A stretch of 61,861 nt of DNA, counting the filler, from Squatina squatina (lineage: Eukaryota), in the NCBI GenBank assembly GCA_031763465.1. It is 3 parts of 3 records of this genome, joined end to end, with 100 filler letters (N's around TTAATTAATTAA, not from the genome) between each part and the next. Parts side by side here need not be neighbours in the genome. Positions count along the whole stretch, not along the records: positions 29,696 to 47,546 come from JARFOE010000115.1; positions 47,647 to 61,861 come from JARFOE010000016.1; 1 more part is not named here. One strand, written 5' to 3'. The notes under the pieces are model-generated. The model was given only the letters and a program-made list of their open reading frames with translations. It was not told where the DNA came from and ran no database searches. Below are positions 37,001 to 48,778 of the stretch, piece after piece (positions within the stretch are counted from its first letter, which is position 1; each line of letters begins with the position of its first letter). The position numbers and the translations under genes were made by a program.

Positions 37001-37226
37001 ATAACTCCAAGAGCTACACAAAATTGTTTCCAAATGGATAGTCCTCATATTTTTCACCCCGTTGTGTAACAATTATGCAAACCAGCAAAGTAGATGAACA
37101 ATGCCTGCTAAATAAACTAATTATCANNNNNNNNNNNNNNNNNNNNNNNNNNNNNNNNNNNNNNNNNNNNNNNNNNNNNNNNNNNNNNNNNNNNNNNNNN
37201 NNNNNNNNNNNNNNNNNNNNNNNNNN

Positions 37227-37609
37227 TTCCCTCCCTCCTGATTGACAACCTTGCCACACCCCACCAGCTGCAGCTCCGATTTTCTGTCTCCCCCTACCCG
37301 CTGATCGCAGTCTCTCTCTTCCTCCCGGCTCCATATTCTGACCTCCCCCAACCCCCAGCGCTGATCGCTGACCTTTCCCCCCTCCCGATTGCCAGGGACC
37401 AACTCCAAGGGTCCTAGGATGCAGCCTTCAGCCACTGGGTTTCCCGCCTGGCAGCCGGCCAGCCTGTCAATTTGGCCGGCTGCTGAGAGGGAAACGGAAC
37501 AAAAAATGATAATAATGTTCTGCCGTTTGGCTGGACCTCTGGGGCCCCGGCCTTGCTGGATTCTTCAGCCATTTTAGGCCTCCTCCACCTCCCCGTAAAT
37601 ACCAGGGCC
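37227..37609. mobile_element. Harbinger-type element end
   Basis: C-rich CTGATCGC repeats; ends GTAAATACCAGGGCC. Confidence 0.45.
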
Positions 37610-38021
37610 ACAATTTTCATGCATCAATAGAATCCCATTACCATGGGATGAGTTAAGTAATCTGTGGTGCTCTAGGGTTAAATATATTCAAGGATCATCT
37701 ACTGAAAATTATATTGCCTGAAATCATCCTGTTTGAGGATATTAAGGCTGTCTTGGCAATAACTGTGATAATTATACGCAGCTACCATCTGACAGAAGGA
37801 ATACTATTTACTGCTTTTTCCCATGGTAATTTAAAACTGATGGTAAATTAAACCATCCAATGAAACATAACATGAAATATTGCAAATTAAACATGAGAAC
37901 AAAAGGATTTTTCGGAATAGGAAATGCCATTCAACAAGCCTGTTCCTTTTTGATTGATTTCAAAGTTACCTATTCAGCTTTTAATCATCTCCCTAAATCC
38001 TTTCTCTCTGCAGAAATACAT

Positions 38022-38316
38022 TGGGGTAGAAATTGGTATGCATTGCGCCTGTTTTCTGGGTGTAACAGGGACGGCAAGCATACCAGTTTAGCATTGGGAT
38101 AGCCTGCGCCTTATCTGCGCAGGCATTGGTGCGACTGCTGCACTCGTGAGGCCTAACGTCCAGCTGACGTCTAAAACAAACCCCCTTAAATAGTAGCCCA
38201 AGGACCTTTTTAAAAATTTGTCTGTGATGAGCCTGCCCCAATTAGGATTCCTCAGTATCCTCCCCCCCACAGCCACTGACTTAAGGTAATTAATAAAATA
38301 TTTTTAAAAAAGAAAA
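38022..38316. mobile_element. Harbinger-type element start
   Basis: Begins GGGGTAGAAATTGG, matching the 18006 terminal motif. Confidence 0.5.
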
Positions 38317-38614
38317 NNNNNNNNNNNNNNNNNNNNNNNNNNNNNNNNNNNNNNNNNNNNNNNNNNNNNNNNNNNNNNNNNNNNNNNNNNNNNNNNNNNN
38401 NNNNNNNNNNNNNNNNCCAATGTTTCCTGAGTAGAGCTGGTTATGTAGCTACAACTCTCAGATTAGTACCTACTATATAAAGTCAGCCTAAATTTCAGAT
38501 GGTCAATTTGCAAACTTCAGAAAAAAGAATTCTGAGGTTGCAGTGTTTGTGTTAATAGCAATATGATTCTATTTCCTTTGCAATTGTCTCTTCAGTGCAG
38601 TGTCTCTTACATCA

Positions 38615-38890
38615 CTATGGTTCCAGAGGCATTGCTACCCTCTCATCCTTCACAAAAGTGATCATTCTACATCCGTGAACATAGAGAGTGAGGCTTAGAA
38701 TTTCTAGTCAGCTTTATTTCACCTGAGTTGCTTAAAATGACATTGATGGCAAAATCTAGGCTTGTGTGAAAACAGGCTATTCAACTACAAGTTGAGCTTG
38801 ATTTTGTCCTCACTTACATCAACATGTGTATTCTTTCCAGTAGACATCAGTAGACAGTTCTGAGGAGTAGGAACTGTATCTGATTCCATA
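38615..38890 (-). mobile_element. LmeSINE1-like SINE, 3' part, old
   Basis: GGCTATTCAACTACA..TTTCCAGTAG..GAGTAGGAAC aligns by eye with 36735-36840. Confidence 0.45.
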
Positions 38891-38969
38891 TTAACACCAC
38901 ACTCATCCCATGCCTGTGGTGATTTTAGACAAAAGTCCTAAGCCTGTCTCCAAATGGTAAGTCACTTAA

Positions 38970-39686
38970 GGCGAAATTTCCCTTTCAAAGTTGCCCAGTT
39001 GGCACCTCAGAGGCGCAAGCTGGGCGGCAAGGGTTTTGAGGTGGCCAGCGGCGCTCCCGACAGCTGTCACGGGACTTGGCTGGGAGTTAGCGGTAGCGCT
39101 GACAAGCAGCGCCTCGCTCCTGCCGGTAGCACGGCACTTGTCGGCGCATGGTGATAATGGCAGGGGGAGCCGAAAGCAAAACCCGCACCGGAAAAGTCGT
39201 CGGGCGCCAGGCGGTAACATCAAGAGCTGTTGATGCAAGGTCGGCACCCCGATGCGACGGTGCAATTTAAAGGTGAGTTTGTGTTAGCTATTTTTAAGTC
39301 GCCATTAATATTGTCAATTCAACAAAGGTCTTGTTTATTGTTGGTTGTGATACTATCAGATAGGGTAGCGACAGAAAGGTCTAATTTACATACCTTTGAA
39401 CCTGTGTGAGGCAGGCCAGTTTACTAGTACCAGTTTTTTCAGTGCATCATGTCGACAGTGTTAGCAGTAGATCGCATGCTTCTGCGGCACCTGAGGAGGC
39501 TTCTTCTGCAAAGGCAAAGATGCTGCCAACTGCGGCAGCAAAGGCTTCCACAGAGGCAGGCACAAAGGGAGAGAGGAGCAGAGGTAAAAGTACATGCTGA
39601 GGCCCCTGTAGCTGGGCACAGGCAGAGGGAAAGGCACAGAGAGAGGGGCAGGCAGCCGCATCCAGTTCCAGCACCAAACGCACAAG
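38970..39686 (+). mobile_element. Harbinger-type element 5' part with possible transposase N-terminal ORF (39449-)
   Basis: TAA|GGCGAAATTTCCC start, CpG-rich subterminal region, R/Q-rich ORF (MLLRHLRRLLLQRQR..RHRERGRQP) open up to the gap; no catalytic domain visible. Confidence 0.45.
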
Positions 39687-40256
39687 NNNNNNNNNNNNNN
39701 NNNNNNNNNNNNNNNNNNNNNNNNNNNNNNNNNNNNNNNNNNNNNNNNNNNNNNNNNNNNNNNNNNNNNNNNNNNNNNNNNNNNNNNNNNNNNNNNNNNN
39801 NNNNNNNNNNNNNNNNNNNNNNNNNNNNNNNNNNNNNNNNNNNNNNNNNNNNNNNNNNNNNNNNNNNNNNNNNNNNNNNNNNNNNNNNNNNNNNNNNNNN
39901 NNNNNNNNNNNNNNNNNNNNNNNNNNNNNNNNNNNNNNNNNNNNNNNNNNNNNNNNNNNNNNNNNNNNNNNNNNNNNNNNNNNNNNNNNNNNNNNNNNNN
40001 NNNNNNNNNNNNNNNNNNNNNNNNNNNNNNNNNNNNNNNNNNNNNNNNNNNNNNNNNNNNNNNNNNNNNNNNNNNNNNNNNNNNNNNNNNNNNNNNNNNN
40101 NNNNNNNNNNNNNNNNNNNNNNNNNNNNNNNNNNNNNNNNNNNNNNNNNNNNNNNNNNNNNNNNNNNNNNNNNNNNNNNNNNNNNNNNNNNNNNNNNNNN
40201 NNNNNNNNNNNNNNNNNNNNNNNNNNNNNNNNNNNNNNNNNNNNNNNNNNNNNNNN

Positions 40257-40446
40257 GTTTCCTGATTGGCTCAGAGTCAGGAAGTGAAAGGAGCACTGCC
40301 CCACATGATCCCAAGTATGCCTATGCACAACTCCGCAGCGTTTCATAGCAACTTTTCAAAGGGGGCTTTGCTCTAGGTAAGTGTGGATTTCCTTCGGATG
40401 TCGGTGGCATACTCCTTAGCTACACTGTTGACCGCAAATTCAGGGC
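40257..40446. mobile_element. Harbinger-type element end
   Basis: Ends CCGCAAATTCAGGGCC. Confidence 0.45.
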
Positions 40447-41540
40447 CATTGTTTTCTAAGCTTTGATTGGTTATTTTCACTTTAATGACTGTCCTTCTCC
40501 CTCGACGGCTGTGATCACAAAGCTTAAAATGCAACAGCTTTCACCTCGAATAATGGACGGCTCTGATGCAGATTAAAACGTCTTTTATTTTAAGAAACTG
40601 ATGTGCAGGTCTAAAGTTCATAGTTCAAGACATTACGAAGGTTGAAGAGAATAAAGCAGAAAGCAAACCATGCATTTATTACTGGACTAGCACATCGCTG
40701 AGCTGCACATCCCTCCTGAGTCGTATATCTTCTCAGGTTCAAAAAACACAAGCAAGGAACTCATTTAAGGACAACTCCTTGAAGCAACCAAGCCAGAAAG
40801 CTCCCCACTGAGCAACACCATCTGGACAATATGTAGCCCACAATTACATTATTGTGAATACAGATATGTGTTGAGGGTTCTGGGATAAACCTACACCTAT
40901 CCAAACAAAGCTCTGATCCAAGCACAGAAACACAGACATATTTAGGAGGTCAAGGCTTTGGGGAGAAAGAACCAGAGCAACACTGTCTAGCAAAGCTAAA
41001 TGATAAGCACTTTGACCAGGTTTTAATTCAAATGCTTGCTTTATAAATACAGACCACAATGTGTGGGCCTTCTGGATTATTATGGTTACTTTCTGATCTC
41101 AGATGGGCAGCCCCTCCCCAATGCTCGGGGAGGATAGACTGCATTAGTGGAACATTCGCCTCAATCCACTGAGATCGTTGACCTTTCCATATGGTTGTGC
41201 TTTTCCCATTTCCCTCTCTTGCTGCCCCTCCCTTCACCACCCCCTCACACCCCACAGCCGGAGAGCTGATTAACTAGTTTAGTAAACGAATTATAATTCT
41301 CCCTCCCTCNNNNNNNNNNNNNNNNNNNNNNNNNNNNNNNNNNNNNNNNNNNNNNNNNNNNNNNNNNNNNNNNNNNNNNNNNNNNNNNNNNNNNNNNNNN
41401 NNNNNNNNNAGGATGTGGACGACAAATGAGCCAGCAGGAAGAAGGAAGAGAGGGGAGAAGAGGTGGGGTTAGAAGGGAAGGAAGAGATCAATGGGGGAAA
41501 GAGGGGAATGTGAGGAGGGAGAGAGATGGGGGTAAGGAGG

Positions 41541-41950
41541 TATAAGAACTTAAGAATTAGGAGCAGGAGTAAGCCATACGGTCCTCAAGTCTGCTGCGTC
41601 ACTCCTCAGACCATGGCTGATCTTCGACCTCTAATTCACTTTCCCGCCTGAACTCCATTTCCCTTGATTCCTCTGGAGTCCAAAAATCTATCTATGTCTG
41701 CCTTGAATATACTCAATGATTCAGTATCCACAGCCCTATGGGGTAGAGAATTCTAAAGATTCACAACCCTCTCAGCAAAGAAATTCCTCTGCATCTCAGT
41801 CTTCAATGGCCAAGCCCTTATTCTGAGACTGTGCCCCCGTAGTTCTAGACTCTCCAGCCAGGGGGAACAATTTCTCAGCATCTATCCCGTCAATCTCCCT
41901 CAGAATCTTATATGTTTCAATCAGATCATCTCTCACTCTTCTAAATTCCA
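41541..41950 (-). mobile_element. CR1 LINE 3' end
   Basis: ATAAGAACTTAAGAATTAGGAGCAGGAGTAAGCC tail, then reverse-strand ORF2 C-terminus. Confidence 0.9.
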
Positions 41951-42050
41951 NNNNNNNNNNNNNNNNNNNNNNNNNNNNNNNNNNNNNNNNNNNNNNNNNN
42001 NNNNNNNNNNNNNNNNNNNNNNNNNNNNNNNNNNNNNNNNNNNNNNNNNN

Positions 42051-42240
42051 TGGGCAGACTCTGCCTCTCCAGCTCTTTCTCCTCCTCTAACACCCTCCTT
42101 AAAAATCTACCTCTGTACAAGCGATTAGTCACCCCTCCTTTGACAATGTCAATTTTTGTCTGATAAAACTTCTGTAAAGCATATTGGGACATCTTTTTTC
42201 TATGTTAAAAGTGCAATATTAATGCAAGTTGTTATTGTTA
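42051..42240 (+). mobile_element. L2-type LINE 3' end
   Basis: Similar to 24945-25150; ends AATGCAAGTTGTTATTGTT. Confidence 0.7.
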
Positions 42241-43609
42241 TCCTATCTTTAGCTTTCAAATGTTCTTTGACCTGCTCAACCATTTTCTGCTTGTAAAAAG
42301 AACTTTCAATTTGCTATTTTTCCATGTTTGTTTTAAAAATTTATTTCAGTACAAACAGAATGCAGATCATAATGAACAGAAAATAAATAAGCATTTACAG
42401 TTAAATTACATATCCATGTTCAATAGAACATAAAATTAGATAGCTTACACATCGATTGTGAGTAATATAAAAGTGCATCAGTTTCAACAAACTCTACTAC
42501 CCTACATAGATACTATGCAGGAAGGCTTTAAGTGAGACAATTCCAGCTGATACAGCTGCTTCATCTTCTCAAGATGCAGCTCAGTCTTGTTGTGACATTT
42601 TTCTCAACTTTTTGCTGTAAGACAAAAGGACGATCAATAAGTTTCAAATAACCTAACTTGTATCAAGAAAATGCACAGAAAATGTAGCCAGTCATTTCTA
42701 CCAAATATATCAAATATTATTAAGAACCTGTTCACATTTTACAGTGACTTAGCAACGAAGGTGGCATTTGTGTTAACATTCACATTGAAAAGTCCGATTC
42801 TAGATGCCACCCTCAAACAATCTTTATCACTTTATAAACGTCAGAATAAGAGACCATACTTTTTGAATATCATTGGACAATTAGTTTGGAATATGCTAGA
42901 GCTTGTTCTCTTACCTCAAAATTTCCAGTCTTCTTTTCACCCATCTACTCTCAGGATTTGTACACACTGCCCGTCCTCCAACCGTGTAGAATCTGTGAAA
43001 TATTTAAATAGAATTTTCAATTAATGGAACATCATCAAATAACATTTGCTTTTCAATTGTGTGCGATATGTTGAAGCCCTGTACTTACATGATTGCATCT
43101 ATGGCACAGATCTCATTGGATTTTTGTTCCACATAGCCAGAGATTAATTTGAATGGCAACCGATTCCTTGAATACTGGAGACAGCAGTCTGCTGCAGAGG
43201 TTATAAGAGAGGNNNNNNNNNNNNNNNNNNNNNNNNNNNNNNNNNNNNNNNNNNNNNNNNNNNNNNNNNNNNNNNNNNNNNNNNNNNNNNNNNNNNNNNN
43301 NNNNNNNNNNNNTGCTGCTCCCAACTGCAACTGCTATTCTAATTCTAGCTCCACCTCCAATCACAATGAGGTGTGCTGCATCAAAGTTATGGAGAAAACT
43401 AGGCCAAACATTACTGGCCATTAGACTGCACCTGATATTGGCCCACCTGTTCAGCGGTAAGCCTATCAGCAGTGCTTTTAGCGCTGAGATCAGCACAATA
43501 ATCATGTAAATAAGCATTCAGTATGAATTTTGTGTGCTGCCTCGACCATTATGAATTGGTGCAGCCAAATAGCCATGACAGCACCCATTTTCAGGCCATA
43601 TCCAATTTA

Positions 43610-43922
43610 TAGGCCGTTTTTTAGATGAGACGCTAAACCATCCACCCTCTCAGGTGGATGCAAAAGATCCCAAAGCACTATTTGAATAAGAGTAGGGGAG
43701 TTCTTCCTGGTGTCCTGGACGAGATTTATCCCTCAACCAGCAGCGCTAAAACAGAATAACAGATCATTATTACATCGCTGTTTGTAGCAGTTTCGCTGTG
43801 CCGAAATTTGCCCTTGTGTTTCCTACATTACAACATTGACTACAATTTATTGGCTGTAAAGCGCTTTGGGATGTCCTGAAGTTGTGAAAGACGCTATATA
43901 AATGCAAGTACTTTCTTTCTGT
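43610..43922 (+). mobile_element. SacSINE1-like Deu-domain SINE
   Basis: TTAGATGAGACGCTAAAC..CTCTCAGGTGGATG.AAAAGATCCC..GCACTATTTGAA.AAGAGTAGGGGAGTT..GTGTCCTGG (Deu core) and GCTATATAAATGCAAG tail. Confidence 0.85.
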
Positions 43923-44124
43923 CTTTTCAGATCACTAGTCTGTATGATTTAGTTCCACATTGGGCAGTGCACCCACATTCTGAGGCATTGGAGGAGCTCA
44001 CACGTCATCCCTTAAAACTGAAGTTCATTTTGGTTTCAGACCCTTGTATCGAAGCAAAATAGCATTTTCACGTGAAGAATGTATTCATGCCTCTGGGTCA
44101 GGAGGTTATGGTGAAAGCCCAACT

Positions 44125-44511
44125 CTAAGAATGTTACAGCACAGAACGAGGCCATTTGGCCCATCGTGCCTCTTCCTGCTCGCTGAACGACTTATCCAAT
44201 TAATCCCACTCTCTTGCTTTCCCCATAGCCCTGTTATCTTTCTCCCTTCAAATAGTTATCCAATTCTCTTTTGAATGTTAATATTGAATCTGCTTCCACC
44301 GCCCTTTCAGGCAGTGCATTCCAGATCACAACAACTTGCTGTGTCAAAAAAATGTTTCCTCGTGCAGCCTCTTTTTTTTGCCACTCATCTTAAATCTGTG
44401 ATCTCTGGTTGCTGACCCTTCTGCCATTGGAAACATCTTTTCTTTATTTACTCATGATTTTGAACACCACTATCACATCTCCTCTTCACCTTCCCAGATC
44501 TAAAGAGACCA
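44125..44511 (-). mobile_element. CR1 LINE 3' end
   Basis: TTACAGCACAGAACGAGGCCATTTGGCCCATCG..TTTCAGGCAGTGCATTCCAGATC, the rc of the 10820-11072 type. Confidence 0.9.
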
Positions 44512-45353
44512 NNNNNNNNNNNNNNNNNNNNNNNNNNNNNNNNNNNNNNNNNNNNNNNNNNNNNNNNNNNNNNNNNNNNNNNNNNNNNNNNNNNNNNNNN
44601 NNNNNNNNNNNACAATGCTATGTATTTAGAAAGAAATACAGCAACTTACAAGATCTACTTAACACCGAGACAGCACAGAAGAGGACCAGAGCTACAACAA
44701 TCTTGAGGTGCATGTTGTTGAAGAAGTGAAGCTTTGAACAGTCTGTAACTTTGTCTATTCACTCAGTATGCTCAGCTGGAGTCCTTTGTCATCTCTACTG
44801 AGCCGGCCAGTCCTTTTATACATGATTACATTAAGGGGGATTTCCTGCTCAAGAAGGGAAAAAAGTATGACACATCAAGGGGGAGTGGAAAAAAGGCAGA
44901 TAAAAAAAATACGTATTTTAGCAAGAAATGTTAAATCACACCCAAGTTTCACGTGATATCAGGCTAGAAAACATAACTTTTGTGCCAATCAGGAATCTAT
45001 TTTAAAATGTGTTTGGCAATTGTTTCCATGGTACTTCTATGTGTCCACTGCCAATGAATGTTTCACAACATCAGGTATTTGAAAAAATCCGTCTTCACTT
45101 ACAAAAGCATAGAGGTCCTTACTGCAAAAATTCCTGCTGCTATAAATTCCACAGATCCTGTAACCTGACTCTCACTGCTAGATTGTCTGGCTACACAGGA
45201 AATCTGCCTGTTACAAAAACTTCTCCAAGGGGACAGCTGGGTAAATAGCTATTNNNNNNNNNNNNNNNNNNNNNNNNNNNNNNNNNNNNNNNNNNNNNNN
45301 NNNNNNNNNNNNNNNNNNNNNNNNNNNNNNNNNNNNNNNNNNNNNNNNNNNNN

Positions 45354-45584
45354 GGCCACAATGACCTTTCAAAAACACCCAAATTGTTCGTATTTTTGCC
45401 CCCTGGCCCCCCATTTTTGAACAAAAAGGAATTTCGGGATCACAAAAGAAAGATCTTGTCATGACGAATCGAATGGTGTTTGTCCCATCGAAATCGACAA
45501 AGTGGTTCTCGAGATCTCTGGGGGGCAGAATCTGCTCCCCCGCACGTTAACGTAATTCTAGCCGCCCGCAAGGAATAGGGTTAA
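45354..45584. mobile_element. Terminus of a TTAA-flanked (piggyBac-like) DNA element
   Basis: Ends GGGGGGCAGAATCTGCTCCCC..GGAATAGGG|TTAA; CpG-rich. Confidence 0.5.
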
Positions 45585-45950
45585 GCTAACGCCGCCGTTT
45601 TCCCGCTATTGCGGAAAAAGCTCAGGGAGAGTCAAAATGACCCACACCAGGGCGAAGGTTAATGGGTGGCAGCGTTATTGGCTTAGAAGAAAGCCTTGCA
45701 GCGTGACCTCACGGAAATGCCGGTGGCGATAACGCAGTAACTGTTCCATCAAGGGAGCTAAAACTAGCCATAACAGGATTGAGCGCCTCAGATACCCATG
45801 GAAACGAATTTTCGTCGAAACCTGAAATGCAGTGTGTTTTGGCCCTTTCGATCTGTCTTGGAATATCCAATGCCTGAAAATACCTTCTCAGACCGTCTGA
45901 AGGCCGCTTTCAGACCAGGATAAGCCATAGGATTTAAAAGCCCTACAAAG
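45585..45950. mobile_element. GC-rich Harbinger-type element fragment (probable target of the TTAA element)
   Basis: CpG-rich GCTAACGCCGCCGTTTTCCCGCTATTGCGG..., similar in style to 38970-39270. Confidence 0.35.
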
Positions 45951-46274
45951 TATAAATTTCATACAGTGACACGTCAAAATAGAAATATCAGATGTATTTT
46001 CTGGAATAACTTGGATCTAGCATGTCATAAGCATATCACAACAAATCTCAAACATAAATCAGAAACTAACAAAAGCACAATTAACTCTAATACAGTAATT
46101 ACTGATGGAAAATTCAGTAAAAATATCGAATACACTCAGACCCTGTAGCCACAAGATGAATGCAATATATTAGTGGTTTCTCCCCTTTGGAAGATGATTA
46201 ACACAGAAAGCAATAAAAAAAACCTACATTACAATTACTTTGGTTTCCTGTTCACTAAAAATTCCAGCCAAAAC

Positions 46275-46625
46275 TCCCCTGATGGGTTAATGCGTGATGT
46301 GGCACTAAGATGTACAGATTTGGAAGGTCCCCATATCTAACAACTGGTCAGAACTAAGTTATTTGATTTCAGCCAAGCTGGCTACAATTGGCCTCAGCAA
46401 TACTGGGTGAGGATTGGGGAGGGGGATTAAAAACAAAGTCAGCTATGACTCCTGCTCCTGACCACCATCCAGTGAAGCATTCTGAAAAGGGTACATTTAG
46501 ATGAGGGCAGGATGGGTTCGGTTGTTAATGTGTGGCTGGCACTCTCTGTATAGGCTCACACATGAAGAATGGAGACTTGGATGAGGTATGGGAGAGCAGT
46601 CAGCACCTGTGGAAATAGAGTCTAA
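46275..46625 (+). mobile_element. LmeSINE1-like SINE
   Basis: TGATGTGGCACTAAGATGTACAGATTTGGAAGGTCCC..CTAAGTTATTTGATTTCAGCC..CTCCTGACCACCATCCAGTGA..GGCTCACACATGAAGAATGG. Confidence 0.6.
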
Positions 46626-47419
46626 TAGTGACTAAGCACTCCCAGGAGAGGAGGAAGGAAAGAGGGAAGAAAATAGTCAGGAAAAAAAAACCTCAAAGCA
46701 GTTCAAAACATTTCTGTTCCACATTTGATATTTCACTCTTTAATGAGCATATTATGAAAATCCAAAGGGGTGCCCTTCGAAATATTCCACAGAACAGCTC
46801 ATCCTTTGCTGTGTGAACTCAGCCTTCAAGCTTCAGTCTTAAACCAGAAACATTAAAAGACTCGACCACATCAACGGACCAACGGTTAAATGGCCCCTCT
46901 GCCCAAAAATAGTGAGAGTTCAACAAAAATCACTTTAAAAAGACAACTGTGTATTGTGTAAACTGGCATGAGAATAGTTTATGTCCGGATCATTGGTTAG
47001 AGGTTAAAAACCAATCTTGCCATCTGCACTCAATAGCTGTAGTCATGCCACTTAGTGGCTTGTGTCACTGTTTCATAACACATACTGGGGCCGAGAATAT
47101 GATGCTTACCATCCATATCGTTGATGTGCCTCAGGGCTATTGTGCAGCCATTTCACATTACACTGAATAATGCACAGGGGAAGTACCAGTGCATCAAGAT
47201 CCTAGGTTTCTTAAGGCCTAAAATTGTTAACGAGTTCCATACCCCATGACATGGCACCTGCATAGCATTGCTGGAGTTCAACGCCCACATAAAATGGTTT
47301 AATTCATGCGTTGTATGTCAGGAGCACTATGATATCATGCGAATAAAAACAGACGACCACTCGCATTTGACTTATGCATCGGATTCGGAAATAACAACAG
47401 TACACACATCCAGCTGGGT

Positions 47420-47546
47420 GGGGAATCTAGCACAAGGCGACAAAGGCTAAAGATTAGAGCCAGGCCTTTCAGGAGTGAAGTTAGGAAACACTTCTACACA
47501 CAAAGGTTGTTAGAGGTTTGGAAGTCCCTTCCACAAATGGCAGTTG
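47420..47546 (+). mobile_element. CR1 ORF2 C-terminal fragment
   Basis: AGAGCCAGGCCTTTCAGGAGTGAAGTTAGGAAACACTTCTACACACAAAGG (RARPFRSEVRKHFYTQR). Confidence 0.85.
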
Positions 47547-47590
47547 NNNNNNNNNNNNNNNNNNNNNNNNNNNNNNNNNNNNNNNNNNNN

Positions 47591-47602
47591 TTAATTAATT
47601 AA
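47591..47602. other. Artificial scaffold linker TTAATTAATTAA within a 44N+12+44N gap
   Basis: Same structure as 29640-29651. Confidence 0.95.
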
Positions 47603-47646
47603 NNNNNNNNNNNNNNNNNNNNNNNNNNNNNNNNNNNNNNNNNNNN

Positions 47647-48012
47647 TCGCACATTCTCCAGTGTCTCTATATCCTTTTTAGAATATGAAGACCAGAACTA
47701 TTCACAGTACTCCACGGGGCAAAGGTTCGATACACGTTTAGCATAACCTCTCTGTTTTTCAATTCAATCCCTCTGGAAATGAGCCTGAGTGCTTTGTTTA
47801 CGTCTTTTATGGACTTATTAACCTGCGTCGCTACTTATAATGATTTGTGTATCTGTAACCACCACCAACCCCCAATCCCTCCGCTCCTCTAATCCATTCA
47901 GTTATATTTTTCTTAGGATCACGTGGCCTCCTTATTCTTCCTACCAAAATGTACCACCTCACGCTTATCTATATTGAAGTTCATTTGCCAAGTTTATTAA
48001 TGTCTTCCTGAT
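47647..48012 (-). mobile_element. CR1 ORF2 C-terminal fragment
   Basis: rc gives QMNFNIDKREVVHFGRKNKEA and EYCE.FWS-like motifs. Confidence 0.85.
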
Positions 48013-48554
48013 TTGATTTGGAATGGCAGAGATTATAATGTTCCCCGCAAACCTCCCTCAAAAATTTGACTGGATGGTTTTAAGTCTGAGGGTAGACAGA
48101 ATGGGGAGCTTACAAAAAGTTATTGCTTGCTGAATTCATGGATCCTGAATTCCCAAATCTTTGAAGTTCAAGGTGATGCAGGTGAGAGACACTGGAATTT
48201 AGGGAGTGAATAGGATATACCTTGTGCCATATGTGGAGTGCTGCCTTTACCTCTTGCATTGGTTTTCTACCCTTTCTCCATTGTCACAAGAAATAGTTAT
48301 AAACTAGCAAACATGCACTCTCCAGTAATGATCACAGCACCAACCAGTTACGGCTAAGGTGCATCCTTGTTGACTATTGCATCTCCTGTTGGGGGGTGGG
48401 CATAGGTAAAATGGATTTCTCCTAGAAATGCAACTACATTCAAACTGAAGAATGATTTTCTTTTTAAATGATTTTAATCTTTCTCTTAATACCCAGAGCT
48501 GTGACACAGCAATGGTGTGAAAATGACCCATAAACAAAAGAATGCTTAATACAT

Positions 48555-48598
48555 TCTTCTTTCTCTTGAGCAGTCCCTCGAGGTCAAGGATGACTTAA
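48555..48598 (-). mobile_element. RTE LINE 3' tail
   Basis: TTCTT..GCAGTCCCTCGAGGTCAAGGATGACTT matches 51700-51740. Confidence 0.55.
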
Positions 48599-48778
48599 AT
48601 ACAGTAGCTGCACGTACATTACCAATCCAGGCCGAGTACCCATTCTAAGCTGTAGCACAAGCTGCCTTCTTTATAGCGNNNNNNNNNNNNNNNNNNNNNN
48701 NNNNNNNNNNNNNNNNNNNNNNNNNNNNNNNNNNNNNNNNNNNNNNNNNNNNNNNNNNNNNNNNNNNNNNNNNNNNNN

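Noticed and set aside
39439-40348. ORFs of about 300 aa
   Set aside because: Length is an artefact of the 570-N gap
45885-45917. CCGTCTGAA..TTCAGAC inverted pair resembling a Neisseria DNA uptake sequence terminator
   Set aside because: Imperfect, single occurrence inside a eukaryotic repeat; no bacterial genes nearby
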